Of a stretch of 64,000 nucleotides of DNA, positions 28,235-37,398 are shown one piece after another. The position numbers and the translations under genes were made by a program. This DNA comes from a virus: IMG/VR virus record IMGVR_UViG_3300045131_002929, positions 82,618-146,617 of that record; one strand, written 5' to 3'. Each line of letters begins with the position of its first letter. Position 1 is the first letter of the stretch. The notes under the pieces are model-generated. The model did no database searches. It had not been told where the DNA came from and was given only the letters and a program-made list of their open reading frames with translations.

Positions 28235-28672
28235 ATGCTGGACAACAGAATGTTCAATGTGTTCGTGGAGGAGTGCTCGGTGGCCAGACGGGTGCTCGGC
28301 ATGGGCTTCGTTCGGGTGTCTTATCTGTTCGGACTGCCGCCGGACTTCCCGACAGGCTCCGAGGCCGGCAGCTTCATGGTCAAGGGCTGCGGCAAGGCGT
28401 TGGTGTTTCTGAACCCGGATCCCGGCGACGCCGTAAGGACCGAGGAGGACGTGAAGTATCTGGCTTGGCACGAGATGCTCGAGCTGCTGCTCACCCACAG
28501 GCTCAAGATGTTCGCGGCGGACGCGGCGCGGGGCAAGTTCGACAGGGCGGCGTGGGAGCGGCGCGTGCACGAGGTGGTGCACAGCCTGATAGGCGCGCTG
28601 AAGCCGGATCTCATGGACTCCGTGCTGGACGTCGAGCCGCAGGCGCGCCGGGACGAGGAAACCGAGCTATAG
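28235..28672 (+). CDS. hypothetical protein with zincin-like HEMLE motif
   Basis: LAWHEMLELLL (HExxH variant). Confidence 0.55.
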   Translation: MLDNRMFNVFVEECSVARRVLGMGFVRVSYLFGLPPDFPTGSEAGSFMVKGCGKALVFLNPDPGDAVRTEEDVKYLAWHEMLELLLTHRLKMFAADAARGKFDRAAWERRVHEVVHSLIGALKPDLMDSVLDVEPQARRDEETEL

Positions 28673-28729
28673 TTATAACTGACGGGACATCGAATCCGAC
28701 AGGCTGCCTACGAACGAGGGGGCGTTTCT

Positions 28730-29710
28730 ATGTATAAGGTCAGCGAGAACGAGGGTGGACTACTTGCAGGGCTGGCCTCCCTGATGCAGCTCGGCGATCC
28801 GGGCACGCCCACCATTCCGGGACACGACGACAAAAGCAGGTACATAGGCGACCTGATCATGCAGGCCAGGGCGCTACGCTATCTGGAGCGGCAGAAGCAG
28901 AGCGCGGCCAGCATGCGCGAGATACAAGTGTTCCCGGACATCAACGCGGACAAGCGGTACAAGGGCCTGCTGAACAAGCGCAGCGAGGAGGCCGCGGGCA
29001 TCGAGAAGCTGGCGATAGGCCCGCTGGCCGCGCTGCCTTGGATGTTCGGCGGCCCGCTGATGGCCTACTTCGGCTACCAAGGCGCGAAGGACGCGCTGCA
29101 CTCGGGCTCGGCCGCGATAGCCGACCTGCGCAGAGGCGACATCGACGCGGCGGTCGGCGACGCGGGCTGGACGGCCTTCGACCTGGCGACGACGCTGCCG
29201 ACCGGCGGTTTCCTGCTCAGGGCGCTAGGCAAGGGGCTCAAGGCGGGCGCCGTGTCGAGCAAGGCCGGCCGGGCGCTGATGAGCGGCGACAAGGCGCTGC
29301 TGCAGGCTGCCGAGGCCGCCACGCGGAAGAATCTGGAACATATGGCGGGCAGCGGCCAGGCTAAGAAATGGACGGCCCTGCACGCGAAGCCCACCGGCCT
29401 GCTGAACTGGCCGCAGAAGCTGCTCGAGAACAGCGTCGGCGGCGACGTCAACGCCGCGGGCAGGATGTGGGGCGCGGGCCGCAAGCTCGACGAGAACCTA
29501 GCCCTCAGGGCGCTGGATCTGCCGAACAGACTCGGCTTCATGCCGGCTTACCTAGGCGTGAGCATGGGTGTGCCGATGGTCATGGGCGAGCGCGGGTATG
29601 AGAAGAGGGAACGCGAGCTGGCCGCCGACAGCGAGCAGGCTCGCGAGAAGCGGAAGCGGAAATTGGCCGAGCAGATGGGCATACCATACTTCGAGGCCGC
29701 TGGCAATTAA
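28730..29710 (+). CDS. putative virion/ejected protein (K-x-A motif, hydrophobic segments)
   Basis: IEKLA followed by a hydrophobic Gly-rich segment. Confidence 0.65.
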   Translation: MYKVSENEGGLLAGLASLMQLGDPGTPTIPGHDDKSRYIGDLIMQARALRYLERQKQSAASMREIQVFPDINADKRYKGLLNKRSEEAAGIEKLAIGPLAALPWMFGGPLMAYFGYQGAKDALHSGSAAIADLRRGDIDAAVGDAGWTAFDLATTLPTGGFLLRALGKGLKAGAVSSKAGRALMSGDKALLQAAEAATRKNLEHMAGSGQAKKWTALHAKPTGLLNWPQKLLENSVGGDVNAAGRMWGAGRKLDENLALRALDLPNRLGFMPAYLGVSMGVPMVMGERGYEKRERELAADSEQAREKRKRKLAEQMGIPYFEAAGN

Positions 29711-29725
29711 CGGAAAGGATGTCCA

Positions 29726-30349
29726 ATGGGAATCAAAGCTGAGATGGTTGATCTCGCAGCCAGGATCGCGATGGGAGGCGTCCACGCGGCTCCTTTCGGC
29801 GCGATAGGCGGAGTGTCGGGCGTCATGAATTCGGACTCGACGGGCGGCGCGCTCGTCGGCGGCCCGCTCGGCGCGCTGGGCGGGGCCGGGGTCGGCTTCT
29901 TGGGCGGCGCGCTGGGCCGCGGCCACGAGGCAGGCACTATACAGGCCCTCAAAGCCCTGGAGTCGATCGCGGCAGGCGGTGCCGGCGGCGTGGTCAACGA
30001 GGACTTCTCGGACGACACCTCGCACAAGGTGCTGTCGGGCATGCTGCTCGGCGGCGGCCTCAGGGCCGGGCGCGAGCTAGGCAAAGGCGTAGGCAGGCTG
30101 ACAGGCGCGAGCGGCGAGGGGGCGGCCAAGTCCGTAGCCAAAGAGATACCGGAGGGCGAGGCCGCCAAGGGAATAGGCGCGGGCGGCCACCTGGCCAGCT
30201 TCCTGACCTCGGCCCTGGCGATGCCGGTGGCAGGCGCGGCCGGCATGGGCCTCGGCCGTAAGGTCGAGCAGCAGCACAAGGAAAGAAGAGCCGATAAGGA
30301 TCAGCATAGAAGGCTGGTCGATATGCTGATGGCGAAACGTAGCAAGTAA
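29726..30349 (+). CDS. glycine-zipper protein
   Basis: GALVGGPLGALGGAGVGFLGGALG and further GxxxG segments. Confidence 0.7.
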   Translation: MGIKAEMVDLAARIAMGGVHAAPFGAIGGVSGVMNSDSTGGALVGGPLGALGGAGVGFLGGALGRGHEAGTIQALKALESIAAGGAGGVVNEDFSDDTSHKVLSGMLLGGGLRAGRELGKGVGRLTGASGEGAAKSVAKEIPEGEAAKGIGAGGHLASFLTSALAMPVAGAAGMGLGRKVEQQHKERRADKDQHRRLVDMLMAKRSK

Positions 30350-30367
30350 GACGAGCGTTCATATCTT

Positions 30368-30407
30368 AAAAGCGCGTTTCCGCTATTGCGGGGGCGCGCT
30401 TTTTTTT
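30368..30407. terminator. intrinsic terminator, possibly bidirectional
   Basis: AAAAGCGCG...CGCGCT followed by a T run. Confidence 0.75.
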
Positions 30408-30420
30408 ATCGAGGTGGAAT

Positions 30421-30669
30421 ATGAAAACAAACGACGTCCGGGCCATGATGGCCGGAGCGGAGAAGGCGGGCCGGCTCGTCGCCGGCGGCGCGGCGGCCGT
30501 GGCGAAGGCCCACGACGAGATGCTGACCAGGGGCAGGCTGCGGGCCGCGCTTTCGCTGGCGGGCGGCATTCTGGACCTGATGGGCCACGGAGATAGCCGG
30601 CGGCCGCAGCAGGTGGAGATCATCGAAGCGCGCGTCATAGACGCCGAGCCGAAAACGAGGAAAAAATGA
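30421..30669 (+). CDS. small hypothetical protein
   Basis: SD GAGGTGG; flanked by terminators. Confidence 0.6.
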   Translation: MKTNDVRAMMAGAEKAGRLVAGGAAAVAKAHDEMLTRGRLRAALSLAGGILDLMGHGDSRRPQQVEIIEARVIDAEPKTRKK

Positions 30670-30678
30670 GCGTACGCG

Positions 30679-30706
30679 GGCGGAGTGGCGGCTCCGCCTT
30701 TTTTTT
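30679..30706 (+). terminator. intrinsic terminator
   Basis: GGCGGAG/CTCCGCC stem plus T8. Confidence 0.8.
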
Positions 30707-30723
30707 AACTGGCCCGGCCGGAC

Positions 30724-30752
30724 TGGACAAAGGTAGTGGGCGGGGTTATCTT
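30724..30752 (+). promoter_or_regulatory. sigma70-like promoter
   Basis: TGGACA-N17-TATCTT directly after a terminator. Confidence 0.55.
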
Positions 30753-30758
30753 CATACA

Positions 30759-31010
30759 AGCCACCCATTCCGTTGTCGGGTGGAGACCGATGTTATAGGA
30801 TGCGGATTATGATTCAGCGGTTTGACCGTTCATAAAAACCAAGTGGACTGTCTATCCGCAAAGAAAACAAAATCAAGCATCATAAGCGCGGAAGACGGAT
30901 AGGGCAAAAAAACAGGGCCGGCTAGGCCCGAAGTCACGCCTGCGGACAGCTATGAAGCTGGTGGAAGCAGGAACTTAACCGATACGCACTTGTGCGTATC
31001 AGAAAGCAGG
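30759..31010 (+). ncRNA. candidate structured non-coding RNA or long 5' leader
   Basis: About 250 nt with no credible ORF and at least six hairpins seen by eye; no family recognised. Confidence 0.45.
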
Positions 31011-31018
31011 AACTCGAA

Positions 31019-31351
31019 ATGTCAAACTGGAACATGAGGCGGGCGGCTTATCTGACCGGTTATATGAGCGGCGGAATGAGCAAGCAGGCCGATAACGCGA
31101 AGACGATGACAAACCTCGAGGAGATGGGCACCTCAGTATCAGGCAAGGCCCTGGGTGCCGTGCAGGGCATCGACGAGCAGCAGCTCGCCAAGCTGGTCAT
31201 GGCGATCGTCGGGGCGGGCGGCGGAAAACTCGCGTCCAACTACCTTATGCCTAAGTTCATCCAGGACAGCCCCTACGGCGGGATCGCCGACCTCGCCGCT
31301 GTCGGCGGCGGCGGGCTGGCCGGATACATGGCGGCAGGAAACAAAGCCTAA
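31019..31351 (+). CDS. glycine-zipper protein with GY..S..K-x-A leader
   Basis: AAYLTGYMSGGMSKQA leader; two Gly-rich hydrophobic helices. Confidence 0.7.
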   Translation: MSNWNMRRAAYLTGYMSGGMSKQADNAKTMTNLEEMGTSVSGKALGAVQGIDEQQLAKLVMAIVGAGGGKLASNYLMPKFIQDSPYGGIADLAAVGGGGLAGYMAAGNKA

Positions 31352-31371
31352 GAAAAAAAGAGGACCGGCAT

Positions 31372-32544
31372 ATGATGACCGACTTCGAGAAAGCGGCGTT
31401 CTACGCCGGCTATACCTCCGGCGGGCTGCGCAAGACGGCTGCCGGAAGTTCTACCAACACCGATGCGGCCGACGCGCCGGTGATAGGCGGTCAGCAGGTC
31501 GACGAGGTGAAACAGGCCGGAGCCCCGCCACCGAAGCCTCAGCAGCAGCAGCAGCAGCAGCAGGCCGCCGGCAGTCCCTCTGTGCCGACGACGGAGGGGC
31601 CGTCCTGGCTGGAGCGCAACGGCGAGACCGTCAGCAAGATAGGTGTGCCGCTGCTCGGCGCGTGGCTGACCAACCAACTCTTCGGCAGCAAAGTGATGTC
31701 AGGGGCGGCCGGACTAGGCATCTACAGCATGCTGCCGAGCAACTTCAATTTGTTCGGGAAGGGGTCAAGCGCGCCTGGCGGCATTTCAAACGTGGAAAAG
31801 GCAGAGCAGATTCAAAAGAGTCAACAGCAGAACACGGCAGCCGTGGGTGGAAATCCTAAAGCCACGACGGCTGATAGGAAAACGGCCGCGCGGGCCTCCA
31901 TGAACAGCGACATAGACGTTCTCAACACCAAGGCTGACACGGTACTGGCTGTTCTTAACGACAAGCAGGTCACACTCCAGGATAAAGATGTGGCCGCCAG
32001 CAACGGACGCGAGATCAAGGATTTCGTCGAGTCGGCCCTGGCTAACGGGGGCGTTCCAAAGGCTTTCTTTGATCCTGGTAAATCTAAAATATGGGCGGCG
32101 TACTCGGCTATGTACCCAGGACCAGCTTCCAGTATCCTAAATGCACTGAATAAAAAACAAGGATACATGCCGAATGACCCGAATGGGTCGATCACAGGCC
32201 AAGGCGATGAGATGCGCTACTCGTCCCGCCCATTCAGAACGTCAACAAAATGGCCTGGTCTATACCGCGATTCGGCCATACAGGGTTTCCACGGACTTGG
32301 TTTGACGAACGGAGACCAGTCTAGCGAGCTTGGCGATCCTGCGCTGCCTTACTGGATCAGGCATACTTTGGGAGGTGCGGCCAGCGCGGCGGATACAGTA
32401 GAGCCGTATATAACAATGACGCACCCGGTAGGATGGGTCAAGGCGGCTCTTCGTGAAAATCCGTTGGATATGAGCAAGCAGACTGTTATACCCAACACAC
32501 AGCTGTACAACTACTTATATCCAGACGCCATAAAGTATAAATAG
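31372..32544 (+). CDS. putative virion/ejected protein with GY..S..K-x-A leader
   Basis: EKAAFYAGYTSGGLRKTA leader, polyQ, hydrophobic segment, lower-GC C-terminal half. Confidence 0.7.
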   Translation: MMTDFEKAAFYAGYTSGGLRKTAAGSSTNTDAADAPVIGGQQVDEVKQAGAPPPKPQQQQQQQQAAGSPSVPTTEGPSWLERNGETVSKIGVPLLGAWLTNQLFGSKVMSGAAGLGIYSMLPSNFNLFGKGSSAPGGISNVEKAEQIQKSQQQNTAAVGGNPKATTADRKTAARASMNSDIDVLNTKADTVLAVLNDKQVTLQDKDVAASNGREIKDFVESALANGGVPKAFFDPGKSKIWAAYSAMYPGPASSILNALNKKQGYMPNDPNGSITGQGDEMRYSSRPFRTSTKWPGLYRDSAIQGFHGLGLTNGDQSSELGDPALPYWIRHTLGGAASAADTVEPYITMTHPVGWVKAALRENPLDMSKQTVIPNTQLYNYLYPDAIKYK

Positions 32545-32556
32545 AAAGTATCAAGT

Positions 32557-33120
32557 ATGACGCAGTACAGGGGCTTCACGCAGGTGGCCGGCGACGACTT
32601 CTACGCCGAGGATCCGATCAACGGGATGACAGTCATCCCGGCCGAGCACGGCGAGGGCGGCGTGGACACGCCGGACGGGCCGCGCAGGTACCCTCAAGTC
32701 AAAGTCAAGAAGGTGGAGATCGTGGACGGCCAGGACCATGTGGTGGAGGAGGTCAGCGTATGCGGCCCTTCTTTCGCAGATGGTGGAAAATCGCCGGCCG
32801 ACCATAGGAAAGCGAAGCAGCCGAAAGGCCGGGCCGCGAAGGCGCAGACCGAGCCCGCGGCCAGGGAGGGCGTCAAGCTCACCCAGGTGAAGATAATAGG
32901 GCCCTTCGGAACGGCCGCGATACCCTGCGAGAGGGTGTTCCAGGATGGGAACATGCTTGTGCTCGTGACGCCGCCCGACGGCGCGTTCATATCGCCGCCC
33001 GCCTCCGACGAGACGGTGATCGTGTCGTGGGCCGGGCGCGAGCTGGAGGCGTACCCTGTGGACGTGGCTTTCCAGGATCCGTCGGACGGTAGAAGGTTCA
33101 TGGTTCTCATAACAGGATGA
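32557..33120 (+). CDS. hypothetical protein
   Basis: Codon bias; directly upstream of the putative portal. Confidence 0.65.
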   Translation: MTQYRGFTQVAGDDFYAEDPINGMTVIPAEHGEGGVDTPDGPRRYPQVKVKKVEIVDGQDHVVEEVSVCGPSFADGGKSPADHRKAKQPKGRAAKAQTEPAAREGVKLTQVKIIGPFGTAAIPCERVFQDGNMLVLVTPPDGAFISPPASDETVIVSWAGRELEAYPVDVAFQDPSDGRRFMVLITG

Positions 33121-33124
33121 CAGC

Positions 33125-34933
33125 ATGCCCTCCAATATATTCACGAACGACCTCAGGCTTACCAGCCCCCATTGGCGCGAGTACGGCTCCCCTTTCTCTA
33201 CATACGCAAGAGCTTTATATCCGACGACTTTAGAAGAAGTTTTTAATTGGTCGGAATTTCTGTGGCTTCATAACGGTTTGTATTCCAAGGCTTTACAAAG
33301 AGCGGTCCGTTATTTCATAACGCAGATCGAGGTCACAGGCGTCCGCGACTACAAGATCCGCCGCAAGTACTCCGACTACCTATGCGACAAGCTCGGGATC
33401 ATGAACATGCTGGCCCAGGTCGGCGACGACCACGTAGCTTACGGCAACGCCTTCGTCTCCATGTTCAAACCTTTCAACCGGAACCTGATCTGCCCGAAAT
33501 GCGGACTGTACCGACCGGCTGAGGTCGTGGACTACAGCTTCACGGGCTTCCAGTTCGTGGCCAAATGCTCCAAGTGCCACGTCAAAGGCCCGCAGGACGT
33601 CAAAGACATCCCGACGTCCACCGACGATCTCAGACTCATCCGCTGGAACCCGCGGTCCATCGAGCTCGAGTACCACTCGCTGTCCGGCGAGAAGCGCTTC
33701 TTCTATGAGCCGCACGCCAAGGTCAAAGGCGCGATCAACAGGGGCGACCGCATCGTGGTTGAGAACACCCCGATGGAGATGCTCGAGGCGGTCAAGAACA
33801 ACCAGAAGTTCCTGTTCAACCGAGGCGAGATCTACCACATGGCCAGCGGCGTGCCCGCGTCCTTCGTCGACGACACCGCCGGCTGGGGCCTGCCGCCCTT
33901 CCTGCCCAACTTCGAGCAGGTGGTGCAGCTGCAGATGCTGACTCGGTTCAACGAGGCCATCATGATGGACTACCTCGTGCCGCTTCGGCTGTTCTCGCCC
34001 GGATCGCGCGGCGGCGAGGCCGGCGACCCGCTGATCAACATCGACACAGGCCGTTTCATGCGGTCCATCGAGAACATGGTCAGGCAGCACCGCAGGGACC
34101 CGACGTCCTACCATTCCGTGCCCTACCCGGTGAACTATCAGGCCATCGGCGGCGAGGCCAAGCAGCTCGCGCCGGTGGAGATGCTCGAATACGCCACCGG
34201 CTCCCTGCTCAGCTCCATGGGCATACCGCAGGAGCTGTACAAGGAGTCGCTGGGCGCGGGCGGGCCGCCGATCGGCCTGCGCATGTTCGAGCGCAGCTGG
34301 ACTGGCTTCGCGTCCGATCTGAACCGCTTTCTGGACTGGGTGACCGGCAAATGCGTGGAGCACCTCATGTGGGAGGACGTCCGCGTGAGGCTCGTCAAGA
34401 CCTCCATCTACGAGGACGACGAGGTCCGCCAGACCAAGCTGAATCTGCTCGGCGCCAACAAAGTCTCCAACACGACGGCCTTCATGGCCTTCAACATCGA
34501 CTATGAGTACGAGGTCGACAAGATCCTCGACGAGCAGGCCATGTTCGACGAGAAGGTGGCGGAGATGCAGAAGAAACAGCAGGACGCGCAGCAGAACATG
34601 CAGATGATGGCGACGCCAGGCCCAGCGCCCGCGGCGGGCGGCCCGCCAGCCCAAGGTGGCGGCCCAGGCGGCGCGGCAGCCCCGGCGGCCCCCTCGCCAG
34701 GCGGTGGCGGCGGCACGCTGGAGGACATGGACATGCAGGCGGACCAGACCGCACAGCAGATCATAGCCATGCCTTCTGGACAAAGGCGCTCCCAGCTGCT
34801 AAACTTAAAGAAGACGAACGACGCGCTGCACGCGCTGGTCGTCTCGAAGATACAAGCCTACGAGAACCAGGCCGGCCAGACCGGCGTCAATATGACCAGG
34901 CAGGGGCAGATCCCTGTGGGGCAGCAACAATAA
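33125..34933 (+). CDS. putative portal protein with Zn-ribbon insertion
   Basis: 602 aa; D...YGNAFV portal-like motif, RWNP..I, GIPQE and a Q/P/G-rich tail; CPKC...CSKC insert. Confidence 0.55.
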   Translation: MPSNIFTNDLRLTSPHWREYGSPFSTYARALYPTTLEEVFNWSEFLWLHNGLYSKALQRAVRYFITQIEVTGVRDYKIRRKYSDYLCDKLGIMNMLAQVGDDHVAYGNAFVSMFKPFNRNLICPKCGLYRPAEVVDYSFTGFQFVAKCSKCHVKGPQDVKDIPTSTDDLRLIRWNPRSIELEYHSLSGEKRFFYEPHAKVKGAINRGDRIVVENTPMEMLEAVKNNQKFLFNRGEIYHMASGVPASFVDDTAGWGLPPFLPNFEQVVQLQMLTRFNEAIMMDYLVPLRLFSPGSRGGEAGDPLINIDTGRFMRSIENMVRQHRRDPTSYHSVPYPVNYQAIGGEAKQLAPVEMLEYATGSLLSSMGIPQELYKESLGAGGPPIGLRMFERSWTGFASDLNRFLDWVTGKCVEHLMWEDVRVRLVKTSIYEDDEVRQTKLNLLGANKVSNTTAFMAFNIDYEYEVDKILDEQAMFDEKVAEMQKKQQDAQQNMQMMATPGPAPAAGGPPAQGGGPGGAAAPAAPSPGGGGGTLEDMDMQADQTAQQIIAMPSGQRRSQLLNLKKTNDALHALVVSKIQAYENQAGQTGVNMTRQGQIPVGQQQ

Positions 34934-34943
34934 GGAGCCTAAA

Positions 34944-35804
34944 ATGGCCGACACATGGACCATGTACAAGCAAGCGTCGCGCGCGTTGAGCAAAAAAGCC
35001 GGGGCCAGCAGGCCGCAGCCGGCCGTCAAGCGGATCGCCAAGTCGGCCGCCGAGTCCGCGGCATGCCCGGCCATCAACAAGATCGCCTTCATGGAAGGCT
35101 ACATGAGCAAGCGCGCCGCATCATTGTTGGACGGGGCCAAAAAGTTTTTTGGTGTGGGCGGCGGCGGGGGCGGTGGCGGCGGGGGCGGCTTGACACGGGA
35201 AGTGGTGAATCAGTATTCCCACTTCGTCGAGCCGAGCACGTTAGATGCCCTCAAAGTTTTGAAAAAGGCTAGGATACAAGCAGTAGGCGATCCAGCGGAT
35301 ACCGCGTTCAAGGTCGCCTACAACAATGCCGACACGCAGACACAGGCTGCATACGACTTACTGTTCCGTAAGTATAAGAATGGGCTCAGAGCAGAAGACT
35401 TAAAAATCGGGCATGCGCTGGGGGAGGGCGAAGGCTTCGAACACCTCAGCGACGCACAGAAAGACGTTGTCTACACGCACAACCCAAAGATGGGCGCGAA
35501 AAGACCGGCGCATATAAGGGCCCGCGCTATGAACGCGAATCCCCTGGACGCTTTCGGTAAGAAGCACAATATAGATCCTTCTGATGATGCGGAGTTGGCT
35601 CTGCTTTTCAACACCAACCCCGCCACCCGGATCGAGTACGAAGACATCTTTAAGCAGATGAAAACGGATGACGCCATAGCGGCGGCCTCGGAGAAGCCGA
35701 GCATGCTCGGGCCTTTGGCCATGGGCGCCGGCGTGACCGGCGCAGGCGTGGTCGGCGGCGGCCTGATGTTCGGGGGCGGCAGCAAGAACGGCGACCTCGC
35801 TTAA
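34944..35804 (+). CDS. putative virion/ejected protein with K-x-A leader
   Basis: YKQA, SKKA, AKSA, KIAFMEGYMSKRA; polyG; C-terminal glycine zipper. Confidence 0.7.
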   Translation: MADTWTMYKQASRALSKKAGASRPQPAVKRIAKSAAESAACPAINKIAFMEGYMSKRAASLLDGAKKFFGVGGGGGGGGGGGLTREVVNQYSHFVEPSTLDALKVLKKARIQAVGDPADTAFKVAYNNADTQTQAAYDLLFRKYKNGLRAEDLKIGHALGEGEGFEHLSDAQKDVVYTHNPKMGAKRPAHIRARAMNANPLDAFGKKHNIDPSDDAELALLFNTNPATRIEYEDIFKQMKTDDAIAAASEKPSMLGPLAMGAGVTGAGVVGGGLMFGGGSKNGDLA

Positions 35805-35826
35805 AGCTCCGTAGAGAAGTTCCAGC

Positions 35827-35853
35827 AGGGGCCAAGCGCGGCCCCTTTCTTTT
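35827..35853 (+). terminator. intrinsic terminator
   Basis: AGGGGCC/GGCCCCT stem plus TTCTTTT. Confidence 0.6.
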
Positions 35854-35874
35854 AACTCTTCCCGCGGAACCCCC

Positions 35875-36795
35875 ATGCCAGACATCCCCAAAGACGAAGC
35901 GGCGCCCTGGTCGCTCAACTCCGCGCTGAACGCCTGGAACGGAGCCACGGGCAACTCGCCCCTCGTGCAGGGCCTGGCCCTCGGGCTGCCCACATACTTC
36001 CTCACCAAATGGCTAGGGCAGAAAGCCGAGTGGGAGTACGCCCAAAGGGCCGCGGAAGCCATCGACGACCCGGAGGAGCGGGCCAAGTTCCTGGCGGACT
36101 CGTACAACGGCAAGGCCTCCGGCAGGCTGGCCGCCATCTTAGGCTCCGGCGTCGGCCTTTCGCCTCTGCTTTTCAACACAGGCAACATCGTCAACTCGCT
36201 GAAAAGCGACAACCCGCTCGGCAACCTGGGCAAATCCGTGCTATCCTACGCGCCGGTCGACAGCTGGAGCTTCGGCGGCTCTAAGGCGCCGGCCGCGCCG
36301 CCTAAGGAAGGGAAGACCCCGGGCATTGAGAAAAATGAGGCTGAGATCGAGAAGCTGGCCGACTACTACATGCGCGACCCGTACCCTACTGAGCGCCGGT
36401 CGGCCTCGGACATGACGCTCGGCAGATCGTTCGTCATGCCGATCATCCGCCCGCCGATGTTCCTGCACGAGCAGGACATCCCGCAGCACAACTCCATGGA
36501 GCTGCTGGCGACCCAGCAGCCGGTGCTCGGCGGCCATCTGACGCACACGCTGACGAACGGGCTGGCCAACGCGGAGCCGGGCGGGTCGGGCATGATCAGC
36601 ACTTCGGACATATTCCACGGCTTGGTCGGCGCCGGCGTGGGCGCCGCGGCCGGCTGGGGCCTGGCCCATGTCATGGGCACCATCTTCGCCCAGCCGCCGG
36701 CTTTGAAGAATAAAATGGCCCAGTACGGGGCCATCGGCGGGGCTATACTAAACTCTGGGCTGGTGCCGAAGGCGGCCGGCTACCTTCTTAAGTAG
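35875..36795 (+). CDS. glycine-zipper putative virion protein
   Basis: IEKLA; GLVGAGVGAAAGWG. Confidence 0.7.
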   Translation: MPDIPKDEAAPWSLNSALNAWNGATGNSPLVQGLALGLPTYFLTKWLGQKAEWEYAQRAAEAIDDPEERAKFLADSYNGKASGRLAAILGSGVGLSPLLFNTGNIVNSLKSDNPLGNLGKSVLSYAPVDSWSFGGSKAPAAPPKEGKTPGIEKNEAEIEKLADYYMRDPYPTERRSASDMTLGRSFVMPIIRPPMFLHEQDIPQHNSMELLATQQPVLGGHLTHTLTNGLANAEPGGSGMISTSDIFHGLVGAGVGAAAGWGLAHVMGTIFAQPPALKNKMAQYGAIGGAILNSGLVPKAAGYLLK

Positions 36796-36866
36796 GCCGG
36801 CTCGGACCGGCCTGCGGGCAATCAACAGACGCGCGTCTCGGCGTGTCGGAAAGGCGGCTGATCGAA

Positions 36867-37097
36867 ATGGCTGACGTGAACGCATTAAACAGAGTGCTGC
36901 TGCCTACTGCGGTGGGCTCGCTGGCGGGGTACGGAGTCGGCTCCATGGACGCGCCGACGTCCGAGGACGTCAAGATCGCGCTTACCGAGCACAGCCGCAA
37001 GCGCATAGAGGAGGCGATGGACTCGCTGGTCAGGACGCGCAGGGTCGAGGAGCTCAAACGAAAGGTGCTAGGCGATGGCCAGACCCTCAGGCTTTGA
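36867..37097 (+). CDS. small glycine-zipper protein
   Basis: AVGSLAGYGVG followed by a charged helix. Confidence 0.6.
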   Translation: MADVNALNRVLLPTAVGSLAGYGVGSMDAPTSEDVKIALTEHSRKRIEEAMDSLVRTRRVEELKRKVLGDGQTLRL

Positions 37098-37398
37098 CGC
37101 CAAGTACGGCGCGCAGTGGTTCGACGGGCTGCCTTTCAAAGGCGCCCCCATGGACATAAAGAAAGGCGACCCCGACGACAAGCAGCCCGTGCTCAAGCGC
37201 GACGTGAAGATAAGGCAGTTCGACACCTCCTCGCCCGAGGATATGGCCGCATGGCAGGGCGTGATGCAGCAGGTGGCCGACGGCCTGTCGGTCGTCTCGT
37301 TCGAGGAGAAGCAGTATGTGCCCGAAACCAAATCCTGGCGGGTATTGGTCAGGTGGTTCGAGGAGTACTACACCAACCCGGAGACACCCCCGAAATGA
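37075..37398 (+). CDS. hypothetical protein
   Basis: Codon bias; coupled overlaps with neighbours. Confidence 0.65.
   Translation: MARPSGFDAKYGAQWFDGLPFKGAPMDIKKGDPDDKQPVLKRDVKIRQFDTSSPEDMAAWQGVMQQVADGLSVVSFEEKQYVPETKSWRVLVRWFEEYYTNPETPPK

Noticed and set aside
31540-31563. (CAG)n polyQ tract, and the polyG tract at about 35150-35188, as phase-variation sites
   Set aside because: In-frame triplet repeats encoding linkers; slippage would not shift the reading frame
36793-36866. Small ribozyme or tRNA-like element in the intergenic hairpins
   Set aside because: Only short GC hairpins; no hammerhead, HDV or cloverleaf consensus seen. No tRNA genes were recognised anywhere in the window
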